From IMG/VR virus record IMGVR_UViG_2706794666_000002: a stretch of DNA of 25,129 bases; one strand, written 5' to 3'. Below, in pieces: positions 11,702-20,806 of this stretch (its first letter is position 1; every line of letters begins with the position of its first letter). The translations under genes were made by a program, and so were the position numbers. Under the pieces are notes generated by a model. It was not told the DNA's origin. It searched no databases and saw only the letters and a list, made by a program, of their open reading frames with translations. This DNA is from a virus (Duplodnaviria; Heunggongvirae; Uroviricota; Caudoviricetes).

Positions 11702-14255
11702 ACCGGTAGGCGATCTGGTCGTTGATTTGAGTCTGGATGCGGCCAGATTTGACGAGCAGATGGCCAGAGTCAGGCGTCATTTTTCCGGTACGGAAAGTGA
11801 TGCGAAAAAAACAGCGGCAGTCGTTGAACAGTCGCTGAGCCGACAGGCGCTGGCTGCACAGAAAGCGGGGATTTCCGTCGGGCAGTATAAAGCCGCCATG
11901 CGTATGCTGCCTGCACAGTTCACCGACGTGGCCACGCAGCTTGCAGGGGGGCAGAATCCCTGGCTGATCCTGCTGCAACAGGGTGGTCAGGTTAAGGACT
12001 CCTTCGGCGGGATGATCCCCATGTTCAGGGGGCTTGCCGGCGCGATCACCCTGCCGATGGTGGGGGCCACCTCGCTGGCGGTGGCGACCGGTGCGCTGGC
12101 GTATGCCTGGTATCAGGGCAACTCAACCCTGTCCGATTTCAACAAAACGCTGGTCCTTTCCGGTAATCAGGCGGGACTGACGGCAGATCGTATGCTGGTC
12201 CTGTCCAGAGCCGGGCAGGCGGCAGGGCTGACGTTTAACCAGACCAGCGAGTCACTCAGCGCACTGGTTAAGGCGGGGGTAAGCGGTGAGGCTCAGATTG
12301 CGTCCATCAGCCAGAGTGTGGCGCGTTTCTCCTATGCATCCGGCGTGGAGGTGGACAAGGTCGCTGAAGCCTTCGGGAAGCTGACCACAGACCCGACGTC
12401 GGGGCTGACGGCGATGGCACGCCAGTTCCATAACGTGACGGCGGAGCAGATTGCGTATGTTGCTCAGTTGCAGCGTTCCGGCGATGAAGCCGGGGCATTG
12501 CAGGCGGCGAACGAGGCCGCAACGAAAGGGTTTGATGACCAGACCCGCCGCCTGAAAGAGAACATGGGCACGCTGGAGACCTGGGCAGACAGGACTGCAC
12601 GTGCATTCAAATCCATGTGGGATGCGGTGCTGGATATTGGTCGTCCTGATACCGCGCAGGAGATGCTGATTAAGGCAGAGGCTGCGTTTAAGAAAGCAGA
12701 CGACATCTGGAATCTGCGCAAGGATGATTATTTCGTTAACGATGAAGCACGGGCGCGTTACTGGGATGATCGTGAAAAAAAACGCCTGGAGCGGGATGCA
12801 GCCCAAAAGAGGGTAGATCAACAGCGTCAACAGGACAAAAATGCGCAGCAGCAGAGCGATACCGAAGCGTCACGGCTGAAATATACCGAAGAGGCGCAGA
12901 AGGCTTACGAACGGCTGCAGACGCCGCTGGAGAAATATACCGCCCGTCAGGAAGAACTGAACAAGGCACTGAAAGACGGAAAAATCCTGCAGGCAGATTA
13001 CAACACGCTGATGGCGGCGGCGAAAAAGGATTATGAAGCGACGCTGAAAAAGCCGAAACAGTCCGGCGTGAAGGTGTATGCGGGCGATCGTCAGGAAGAC
13101 AGTGCTCATGCGGCCCTGCTGACGCTTCAGGCAGAACTCCGGACGCTGGAGAAGCATGCCGGAGCGAATGAGAAAATCAGCCAGCAGCGCCGGGATTTGT
13201 GGAAGGCAGAAAGTCAGTTCGCGGTACTGGAGGAGGCGGCACAACGTCGCCAGCTGTCCGCACAGGAGAAATCCCTGCTGGCGCATAAAGACGAGACGCT
13301 GGAGTACAAACGCCAGCTGGCTGCACTTGGTGACAAGGTTACGTATCAGGAGCACCTGAATGCGCTGGCGCAGCAGGCGGATAAATTCGCACAGCAGCAA
13401 CGGGCAAAACGGGCAGCCATTGATGCGAAAAACCGGGGGCTGACTGACCGGCAGGCAGCGCGGGAAGCCACGGAACAGCGCCTGAAGGAACAGTATGGCG
13501 ATAATCCTCTGGCGCTGAATAACGTCATGTCAGAGCAGAAAAAGACCTGGGCGGCTGAAGACCAGCTTCGCGGGAGCTGGATGGCAGGCCTGAAGTCCGG
13601 CTGGAGTGAGTGGGAAGAGAGCGCCACGGACAGTATGTCACAGGTTAAAAGTGCAGCCACGCAGACCTTTGATGGTATTGCACAGAATATGGCGGCGATG
13701 CTGACCGGCAGTGAACAGAACTGGCGCAGCTTCACCCGCTCCGTGCTGTCCATGATGACAGAAATTCTGCTTAAGCAGGCAATGGTGGGGATTGTCGGGA
13801 GTATCGGCAGCGCCATTGGCGGGGCTGTTGGTGGCGGCGCATCCGCGTCAGGTGGTACAGCCATTCAGGCCGCTGCGGTGAAATTCCATTTTGCAACCGG
13901 GGGATTTACGGGAACCGGCGGCAAATATGAGCCAGCGGGGATTGTTCACCGTGGTGAATTTGTCTTCACGAAGGAGGCAACCAGCCGGATTGGCGTGGGG
14001 AATCTCTACCGGCTGATGCGCGGCTATGCGGAAGGTGGTTATGTGGGCGGTGCCGGAAGTCCGGCGCAGATGCGGCGGGCTGAAGGCATTAATTTTAATC
14101 AGAACAATCACGTGGTGATTCAGAACGACGGTACGAATGGTCTGCCAGGTCCACAGATGATGAAGGCCGTGTATGACATGGCCCGCAAGGGTGCCCGTGA
14201 TGAAATTCAGACACAGATGCGTGATGGTGGCCTGTTCTCCGGAGGTGGACGATGA
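11694..14255 (+). CDS. H: Tail tape measure protein H, 853 aa
   Basis: MAEPVGDLVVDLSLDAARFDEQMARVRRHFSG... matches lambda gpH in sequence and length. Confidence 0.95.
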   Translation: MAEPVGDLVVDLSLDAARFDEQMARVRRHFSGTESDAKKTAAVVEQSLSRQALAAQKAGISVGQYKAAMRMLPAQFTDVATQLAGGQNPWLILLQQGGQVKDSFGGMIPMFRGLAGAITLPMVGATSLAVATGALAYAWYQGNSTLSDFNKTLVLSGNQAGLTADRMLVLSRAGQAAGLTFNQTSESLSALVKAGVSGEAQIASISQSVARFSYASGVEVDKVAEAFGKLTTDPTSGLTAMARQFHNVTAEQIAYVAQLQRSGDEAGALQAANEAATKGFDDQTRRLKENMGTLETWADRTARAFKSMWDAVLDIGRPDTAQEMLIKAEAAFKKADDIWNLRKDDYFVNDEARARYWDDREKKRLERDAAQKRVDQQRQQDKNAQQQSDTEASRLKYTEEAQKAYERLQTPLEKYTARQEELNKALKDGKILQADYNTLMAAAKKDYEATLKKPKQSGVKVYAGDRQEDSAHAALLTLQAELRTLEKHAGANEKISQQRRDLWKAESQFAVLEEAAQRRQLSAQEKSLLAHKDETLEYKRQLAALGDKVTYQEHLNALAQQADKFAQQQRAKRAAIDAKNRGLTDRQAAREATEQRLKEQYGDNPLALNNVMSEQKKTWAAEDQLRGSWMAGLKSGWSEWEESATDSMSQVKSAATQTFDGIAQNMAAMLTGSEQNWRSFTRSVLSMMTEILLKQAMVGIVGSIGSAIGGAVGGGASASGGTAIQAAAVKFHFATGGFTGTGGKYEPAGIVHRGEFVFTKEATSRIGVGNLYRLMRGYAEGGYVGGAGSPAQMRRAEGINFNQNNHVVIQNDGTNGLPGPQMMKAVYDMARKGARDEIQTQMRDGGLFSGGGR

Positions 14256-14581
14256 AAACCTTCCGCTGGAAAGTGAAACCCGGTATGGATGTGGCTTCGG
14301 CCCCTTCTGTAAGAAAGGTGCGCTTTGGTGATGGCTATTCCCAGCGAGCGCCTGCCGGGCTGAATGCCAACCTGAAAACGTACAGCGTGACGCTTTCTGT
14401 CCCCCGTGAGGAGGCCATGGTACTGGAGTCGTTTCTGGAAGAGCACGGGGGCTGGAAAGCCTTTCTGTGGACGCCGCCTTATGAGTGGCGGCAGATAAAG
14501 GTGACCTGCGCAAAATGGTCGTCGCGGGTCAGTATGCTGCGTGTTGAGTTCAGCGCAGAGTTTGAACAGGTGGTGAACTGA
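14252..14581 (+). CDS. M: Tail tip protein M, 109 aa
   Basis: MKTFRWKVKPGMDVASAPSVRKVRFGDGYSQRAPAGLNANL... matches lambda gpM. Confidence 0.93.
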   Translation: MKTFRWKVKPGMDVASAPSVRKVRFGDGYSQRAPAGLNANLKTYSVTLSVPREEAMVLESFLEEHGGWKAFLWTPPYEWRQIKVTCAKWSSRVSMLRVEFSAEFEQVVN

Positions 14582-15279
14582 TGCAGGATATCCGGCAGGA
14601 AACACTGAATGAATGCACCCGTGCGGAGCAGTCGGCCAGCGTGGTGCTCTGGGAAATCGATCTGACAGAGGTCGGTGGAGAACGTTATTTTTTCTGTAAT
14701 GAGCAGAACGAAAAAGGTGAGCCGGTCACCTGGCAGGGGCGACAGTATCAGCCGTATCCCATTCAGGGGAGTGGTTTTGAACTGAATGGCAAAGGCACCA
14801 GTACGCGCCCCACGCTGATGGTTTCTAACCTGTACGGTATGGTCACCGGGATGGCGGAAGATCTACAGAGTCTGGTCGGCGGAACGGTGGTCCGGCGTAA
14901 GGTTTACGCCCGTTTTCTGGATGCGGTGAACTTCGTCAACGGAAACAGTGACGCCGATCCGGAGCAGGAGGTGATCAGCCGCTGGCGCATTGAGCAGTGC
15001 AGCGAACTGAGCGCGGTGAGTGCCTCTTTTGTACTGTCCACGCCGACGGAAACAGATGGCGCTGTTTTTCCGGGACGTATCATGCTGGCCAACACCTGCA
15101 CCTGGACCTATCGCGGCGATGAGTGCGGTTATCACGGTCCGGCGGTCGCGGATGAATATGACCAGCCAACGTCCGACATCACGAAGGATAAATGCAGCAA
15201 ATGCCTGAGTGGCTGTAAGTTTCGCAATAACGTCGGCAACTTTGGCGGCTTCCTTTCCATTAACAAACTTTCGCAGTAA
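14581..15279 (+). CDS. L: Tail tip protein L, 232 aa
   Basis: MQDIRQETLNECTRAEQSASVVLWEIDLTEVGGERYFFCNEQNEKG... matches lambda gpL, including the C-terminal Cys cluster. Confidence 0.93.
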   Translation: MQDIRQETLNECTRAEQSASVVLWEIDLTEVGGERYFFCNEQNEKGEPVTWQGRQYQPYPIQGSGFELNGKGTSTRPTLMVSNLYGMVTGMAEDLQSLVGGTVVRRKVYARFLDAVNFVNGNSDADPEQEVISRWRIEQCSELSAVSASFVLSTPTETDGAVFPGRIMLANTCTWTYRGDECGYHGPAVADEYDQPTSDITKDKCSKCLSGCKFRNNVGNFGGFLSINKLSQ

Positions 15280-15284
15280 ATCCC

Positions 15285-16028
15285 ATGACAGAGACAGAAT
15301 CAGCGATTCTGGCGCACGCCCGGCGATGTGCTCCAGCGGAGTCGTGCGGCTTCGTGGTAAGAACGCCGGAGGGGGAAAGATATTTCCCCTGCGTGAATAT
15401 CTCCGGTGAGCCGGAGGCGTATTTCCGTATGTCGCCGGAAGACTGGCTGCAGGCAGAGATGCAGGGTGAGATTGTGGCACTGGTCCACAGCCACCCCGGT
15501 GGTCTGCCCTGGCTGAGTGAGGCCGACCGGCGGCTGCAGGTGCAGAGTGATTTGCCGTGGTGGCTGGTCTGCCGGGGGGCGATTCACAAGTTCCGCTGTG
15601 TGCCACATCTTACCGGGCGGCGCTTTGAGCACGGGGTGACGGACTGTTACACGCTGTTCCGGGATGCTTACCATCTGGCGGGGATTGAGATGCCGGATTT
15701 TCATCGTGAGGATGACTGGTGGCGTCACGGTCAGAATCTCTATCTGGATAATCTGGAGGCCACAGGGCTGTATCAGGTGCCGTTGTCAGCGGCGCAGCCG
15801 GGCGATGTGCTGCTGTGCTGTTTTGGTTCATCGGTGCCGAATCATGCCGCCATTTACTGTGGTGACGGCGAGCTGCTGCACCATATTCCTGAACAACTGA
15901 GCAAACGAGAGAGGTATACCGACAAATGGCAGCGACGCACACACTCCCTCTGGCGTCACCGGGCATGGCACGCATCTGCCTTTACGGGGATTTGCAACGA
16001 TTTGGCCGCCGCATCGACCTTCGTGTGA
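15285..16028 (+). CDS. K: Tail tip assembly protein K (JAB/MPN plus NlpC/P60-like), 247-aa long form
   Basis: Continuous ORF from 15285. JAMM-type motif HSHPGGLPWLSEAD (H-x-H-x7-S-x2-D) and a downstream Cys/His region. The classical 199-aa lambda gpK corresponds to the internal Met at 15429 (MSPEDWLQAEMQGEIVALVHSHPGG...). Confidence 0.75.
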   Translation: MTETESAILAHARRCAPAESCGFVVRTPEGERYFPCVNISGEPEAYFRMSPEDWLQAEMQGEIVALVHSHPGGLPWLSEADRRLQVQSDLPWWLVCRGAIHKFRCVPHLTGRRFEHGVTDCYTLFRDAYHLAGIEMPDFHREDDWWRHGQNLYLDNLEATGLYQVPLSAAQPGDVLLCCFGSSVPNHAAIYCGDGELLHHIPEQLSKRERYTDKWQRRTHSLWRHRAWHASAFTGICNDLAAASTFV

Positions 16029-16597
16029 AAACGGGTGCCGAAGCCATCCGGGCGATGGCCACACAGCTCCCTGCGTTTCGTCAGAAGCTGAGCGACGGCT
16101 GGTATCAGGTGCGTATTGCCGGGCAGGATGTTAGCACGTCCGGATTAACGGCACAGTTACATGAGGCTCTGCCTGACGGCGCTGTGATTCATATTGTTCC
16201 CAGAGTCGCCGGGGCCAAGTCAGGTGGTGTATTCCAGATTGTCCTGGGAGCAGCCGCCATTGCCGGATCATTCTTTACCGCCGGAGCCACCCTTGCAGCA
16301 TGGGGGGCTGCCATTGGTGCCGGTGGTATGACCGGCATTCTGTTTTCTCTCGGTGCCAGTATGGTGCTCGGCGGTGTGGCTCAGATGCTGGCACCGAAAG
16401 CCAGAACTCCCCGCACACAGACAACGGATAACGGTAAGCAGAACACCTATTTCTCCTCACTGGATAACATGGTTGCCCAGGGCAATGTTATGCCTGTTCT
16501 GTATGGTGAAATGCGCGTGGGGTCACGTGTGGTATCTCAGGAGATCAGCACGGCAGACGAAGGGGACGGTGGTCAGGTTGTGGTGATTGGTCGCTGA
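15926..16597 (+). CDS. I: Tail tip assembly protein I, 223 aa
   Basis: MAATHTLPLASPGMARICLYGDLQRFGRRIDLRVKTGAEAIRA... matches lambda gpI. Overlaps the end of K by about 100 nt, as in lambda. Confidence 0.93.
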   Translation: MAATHTLPLASPGMARICLYGDLQRFGRRIDLRVKTGAEAIRAMATQLPAFRQKLSDGWYQVRIAGQDVSTSGLTAQLHEALPDGAVIHIVPRVAGAKSGGVFQIVLGAAAIAGSFFTAGATLAAWGAAIGAGGMTGILFSLGASMVLGGVAQMLAPKARTPRTQTTDNGKQNTYFSSLDNMVAQGNVMPVLYGEMRVGSRVVSQEISTADEGDGGQVVVIGR

Positions 16598-16657
16598 TGC
16601 AAAATGTTTTATGTGAAATCGCCTCCGGGCGGTTTTATCGTTTATGGAGCATGACGA

Positions 16658-19600
16658 ATGGGTAAAGGCAGCAGTAAGGGGCATACCCCGCGCGAAGCGA
16701 AGGACAACCTGAAGTCCACGCAGCTGCTGAGTGTGATCGATGCCATCAGCGAAGGGCCGGTTGAAGGTCCGGTGGATGGATTAAAAAGCGTGCTGCTGAA
16801 CAGTACGCCGGTGCTGGACAGTGAGGGGAATACCAACATCTCCGGCGTCACGGTGGTGTTCCGGGCAGGTGAGCAGGAGCAGTCACCGCCGGAGGGATTT
16901 GAATCCTCCGGCTCCGAGACGGTGCTGGGTACGGAAGTGAAATATGACACGCCGATCACCCGGACCATCACGTCGGCAAACATTGACCGACTGCGTTTTA
17001 CCTTCGGTGTACAGGCACTGGTGGAAACCACCTCAAAGGGAGACAGGAATCCGTCTGAAGTTCGCCTGCTGGTTCAGATACAGCGTAACGGTGGCTGGGT
17101 GACGGAAAAAGACATCACCATTAAGGGCAAAACCACCTCGCAGTATCTGGCCTCGGTGGTGGTGGATAACCTGCCGCCGCGCCCGTTTAATATCCGGATG
17201 CGCAGAATGACGCCGGACAGCACCACAGACCAGCTGCAGAACAAAACGCTCTGGTCGTCATACACCGAAATCATCGATGTGAAACAGTGCTACCCGAACA
17301 CGGCACTGGTCGGCGTACAGGTGGATTCGGAGCAGTTCGGCAGCCAGCAGGTGAGCCGTAATTATCATCTTCGCGGGCGCATTCTGCAGGTGCCGTCGAA
17401 CTATAATCCGCAGACGCGGCAATACAGCGGTATCTGGGACGGAACGTTAAAACCGGCATACAGCAACAACATGGCCTGGTGTCTGTGGGATATGCTGACC
17501 CATCCGCGCTATGGCATGGGGAAACGTCTTGGTGCGGCAGATGTGGATAAATGGGCGCTGTATGTCATCGGCCAGTACTGTGACCAGTCGGTGCCGGACG
17601 GCTTTGGCAGCACGGAGCCGCGCATCACCTGTAATGCCTGGCTGACCACACAGCGCAAGGCGTGGGATGTGCTCAGTGATTTCTGCTCGGCGATGCGCTG
17701 TATGCCGGTATGGAACGGGCAGACGCTGACGTTCGTGCAGGACCGACAGTCGGATAAGGTGTGGGCCTATAACCGCAGTAATGTGGTGATGCCGGATGAT
17801 GGCGCGCCGTTCCGCTACAGTTTCAGCGCCCTGAAAGACCGCCATAATGCCGTTGAGGTGAACTGGATTGACCCGGATAACGGCTGGGAGACGGCGACAG
17901 AGCTTGTGGAGGATACGCAGGCCATTGTCCGTTACGGTCGTAACGTCACGAAGATGGATGCCTTTGGCTGTACCAGCCGGGGGCAGGCACACCGCGCCGG
18001 GCTGTGGCTGATTAAAACGGAACTGCTGGAGACGCAGACCGTGGATTTCAGCGTGGGTGCTGAAGGGCTTCGTCATGTACCGGGCGATGTCATTGAAATC
18101 TGCGATGATGACTATGCCGGTATCCGCACCGGCGGGCGCGTGCTGGCGGTGAACAGCCAGACCCGGACGCTGACGCTCGACCGTGAAATCACGCTGCCAT
18201 CCTCCGGCACCACGCTGATAAGCCTGGTTGACGGGCAGGGGAATCCGGTCAGCGTGGAGGTCCAGTCCGTCACCGACGGCGTGAAGGTAAAAGTGAGCCG
18301 TGTTCCTGACGGTGTTGCTGAATACAGCGTGTGGGGGCTGAAGCTGCCGACGCTGCACCAGCGATTGTTCCGCTGCGTGAGTATCCGTGAGAACGACGAC
18401 GGCACGTATGCCATCACCGCCGTGCAGCATGTGCCGGAAAAAGAAGCCATCGTGGATAACGGGGCGCACTTTGACGGCGACCAGAGCGGCACGGTGAATG
18501 GTGTCACGCCGCCAGCGGTGCAGCACCTGACTGCCGAAGTCACCGCAGACAGCGGGGAATATCAGGTGCTGGCGCGCTGGGACACGCCGAAGGTGGTGAA
18601 GGGCGTGAGCTTCCTGCTCCGTCTGACCGTAACAGCGGATGACGGCAGTGAGCGGCTGGTCAGCACGGCCCGGACGACGGAAACCACTTACCGCTTCACA
18701 CAACTGGCGCTGGGGAACTACAGGCTGACAGTCCGGGCAGTAAATGCGTGGGGGCAGCAGGGCGATCCGGCGTCGGTATCGTTCCGGATTGCCGCACCGG
18801 CAGCGCTGTCGCGGATTGAGCTGACGCCGGGCTATTTTCAGATAACCGCCACGCCGCATCTTGCGGTTTATGATCCGACGGTACAGTTTGAGTTCTGGTT
18901 CTCGGAAAAGCGGATTGCGGATATCAGGCAGGTTGAAACCACAGCACGCTATCTTGGCACGGCGCTGTACTGGATAGCCGCCAGTATCAATATCAAACCG
19001 GGCCATGATTATTACTTTTATATCCGCAGTGTGAACACCGTTGGCAAATCGGCATTCGTGGAGGCTGTTGGTCAGCCGAGTGATGATGCATCCGGTTATC
19101 TGGATTTTTTCAAAGGCGAGATAGGGAAAACCCATCTGGCTCAGGAGCTGTGGACGCAGATTGATAACGGTCAGCTTGCGCCTGACCTGGCTGAAATCAG
19201 GACGTCCATTACGGATGTCAGCAATGAAATCACGCAGACCGTCAATAAGAAACTGGAAGACCAGAGTGCGGCAATTCAGCAGATACAGAAGGTTCAGGTT
19301 GATACAAATAATAACCTGAACAGCATGTGGGCTGTGAAGCTGCAGCAGATGCAGGACGGACGCCTTTATATCGCGGGTATTGGTGCCGGTATTGAGAACA
19401 CCCCTGACGGCATGCAGAGTCAGGTGCTGCTGGCGGCGGACAGGATTGCGATGGTTAATCCTGCGAATGGCAACACAAAACCGATGTTTGTTGGTCAGGG
19501 CGATCAGATATTCATGAACGACGTGTTCCTGAAACGCCTGACGGCCCCCACCATTACCAGCGGTGGAAATCCATCGGCATTTTCCCTGACTCCGGACGGA

Positions 19601-20155
19601 AAGCTGACCGCTAAAAATGCGGATATCAGTGGCAGTGTGAATGCGAACGCCGGGACGCTCAACAATGTCACGGTAAATGAAAACTGTACGATTAAGGGCA
19701 TGCTGGAGGCGACTCAGGTCAGAGGTGACTTCGTTAAAGCTGTATCCAAATCATTTCCGAAACAGGCTGGTACGTGGGGTAACACGGAAACACCAAACGG
19801 GACGGTTACAGTCACCATAAGCGATGATCATAACTTTGACCGCCAGATTATTATTCCGCCCATTATTTTTAACGGTATAGCGTATGACGATCCGGGGAGC
19901 GGAAATAACCCAGGAGGCACGCGATACACGGGTTATGGTTTTGAAGTTCGCAAAAACGGCGTATTAATCGCATCCAGAGAAACTAAAGGTGCCATTCCCG
20001 GTAGTTACAGTGCAGTTATTGATATGCCTAGTGGTGGTGGTAGCGTCACTCTGGAGTTTAAGATTTTCCAGAAAGGCAATCAGGGGGCAGGCAATATCAC
20101 CGACTGTACGGTGATTGTGACCAAAAAAGCGGCTTCCGGCATCAGTATTCGTTGA
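16658..20155 (+). CDS. J: Central tail fibre / host specificity protein J, 1165 aa, with a divergent C-terminal receptor-binding region
   Basis: The first roughly 820 residues ([34 protein letters not shown]...) are near-identical to lambda gpJ. The remainder is patchy and the last roughly 150 residues are unrelated to lambda J and lower in GC. Confidence 0.95.
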   Translation: MGKGSSKGHTPREAKDNLKSTQLLSVIDAISEGPVEGPVDGLKSVLLNSTPVLDSEGNTNISGVTVVFRAGEQEQSPPEGFESSGSETVLGTEVKYDTPITRTITSANIDRLRFTFGVQALVETTSKGDRNPSEVRLLVQIQRNGGWVTEKDITIKGKTTSQYLASVVVDNLPPRPFNIRMRRMTPDSTTDQLQNKTLWSSYTEIIDVKQCYPNTALVGVQVDSEQFGSQQVSRNYHLRGRILQVPSNYNPQTRQYSGIWDGTLKPAYSNNMAWCLWDMLTHPRYGMGKRLGAADVDKWALYVIGQYCDQSVPDGFGSTEPRITCNAWLTTQRKAWDVLSDFCSAMRCMPVWNGQTLTFVQDRQSDKVWAYNRSNVVMPDDGAPFRYSFSALKDRHNAVEVNWIDPDNGWETATELVEDTQAIVRYGRNVTKMDAFGCTSRGQAHRAGLWLIKTELLETQTVDFSVGAEGLRHVPGDVIEICDDDYAGIRTGGRVLAVNSQTRTLTLDREITLPSSGTTLISLVDGQGNPVSVEVQSVTDGVKVKVSRVPDGVAEYSVWGLKLPTLHQRLFRCVSIRENDDGTYAITAVQHVPEKEAIVDNGAHFDGDQSGTVNGVTPPAVQHLTAEVTADSGEYQVLARWDTPKVVKGVSFLLRLTVTADDGSERLVSTARTTETTYRFTQLALGNYRLTVRAVNAWGQQGDPASVSFRIAAPAALSRIELTPGYFQITATPHLAVYDPTVQFEFWFSEKRIADIRQVETTARYLGTALYWIAASINIKPGHDYYFYIRSVNTVGKSAFVEAVGQPSDDASGYLDFFKGEIGKTHLAQELWTQIDNGQLAPDLAEIRTSITDVSNEITQTVNKKLEDQSAAIQQIQKVQVDTNNNLNSMWAVKLQQMQDGRLYIAGIGAGIENTPDGMQSQVLLAADRIAMVNPANGNTKPMFVGQGDQIFMNDVFLKRLTAPTITSGGNPSAFSLTPDGKLTAKNADISGSVNANAGTLNNVTVNENCTIKGMLEATQVRGDFVKAVSKSFPKQAGTWGNTETPNGTVTVTISDDHNFDRQIIIPPIIFNGIAYDDPGSGNNPGGTRYTGYGFEVRKNGVLIASRETKGAIPGSYSAVIDMPSGGGSVTLEFKIFQKGNQGAGNITDCTVIVTKKAASGISIR

Positions 20156-20177
20156 AATATTTATAACCCCAATAAAT

Positions 20178-20204
20178 GGCGTCAGGAATGACGCCTTTTT
20201 TATT
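20178..20204 (+). terminator. Rho-independent terminator downstream of J
   Basis: GGCGTCA-GGAA-TGACGCC (7-bp stem) followed by TTTTTTATT, 23 nt after the J stop. Confidence 0.65.
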
Positions 20205-20225
20205 GCAGAAAAGCGAGAGGTAATT

Positions 20226-20742
20226 ATGCGTAAAGTTTGTGCAGCCATTTTGTCCGCAGCCATTTGCCTGGCCGTATCCGGTGCGCCTGCATGGGCGTCT
20301 GAACATCAGTCCACGCTGAGCGCGGGGTATCTTCATGCCCGGACCAACGTTCCCGGCAGTGATGATCTGAACGGGATTAACGTGAAATACCGTTATGAGT
20401 TTACGGATACGCTGGGGCTGGTGACGTCATTCAGCTATGCAGGAGACAAGAATCGCCAGCTGACCCGTTACAGCGATACCCGCTGGCATGAAGATTCCGT
20501 GCGTAACCGCTGGTTCAGCGTGATGGCGGGGCCGTCTGTGCGCGTGAATGAATGGTTCAGCGCGTATGCGATGGCGGGTGTGGCTTACAGCCGTGTGTCG
20601 ACTTTTTCCGGGGATTATATCCGCGTAACTGACAATAAGGGGAAAACGCACGATGTGCTGACCGGAAGTGATGACGGTCGCCACAGCAACACGTCTCTGG
20701 CGCACTGACGGTTTCATCGTGGGTGTCGGTTATAAATTCTGA
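20226..20742 (+). pseudogene. lom: lom-like Ail/Lom-family outer membrane protein gene, disrupted by a frameshift near the 3' end
   Basis: ORF 20226..20708 has a signal-peptide-like N-terminus (MRKVCAAILSAAICLAVSGAPAWA) and Lom/Ail-like blocks (GINVKYRYEFTD, SVMAGP, SAYAMAGVA). It stops at ...RHSNTSLAH. The conserved C-terminal strand WRTDGFIVGVGYKF-stop is present at 20701..20742 but in the +1 frame. Confidence 0.6.
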
Positions 20743-20769
20743 TTAGCCAGGTAACACAGTGTTATGACA

Positions 20770-20796
20770 GCCCGCCGGTTCAGGCGGGCTTTTTTG
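20770..20796 (+). terminator. Rho-independent terminator downstream of the lom remnant
   Basis: GCCCGCC-GGTTCA-GGCGGGC (7-bp GC-rich stem) followed by TTTTTTG. Lies after the frameshifted lom stop and before stf. Confidence 0.7.
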
Positions 20797-20806
20797 TGGG
20801 GTGAAT

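Noticed and set aside
17447-19135. 562-aa ORF on the minus strand, antisense to J
   Set aside because: Lies wholly inside the well-supported J coding region on the opposite strand. Long antisense open frames are common in GC-rich coding DNA. The product is Arg/Pro/Ala-rich with no recognisable domain and no start context.
20140-20225. Possible sigma70 promoter for lom (TTGAAA ... TAAATG) at the end of J
   Set aside because: Spacer length and -10 match are poor, and the element overlaps the J terminator hairpin. Not supportable from sequence alone.
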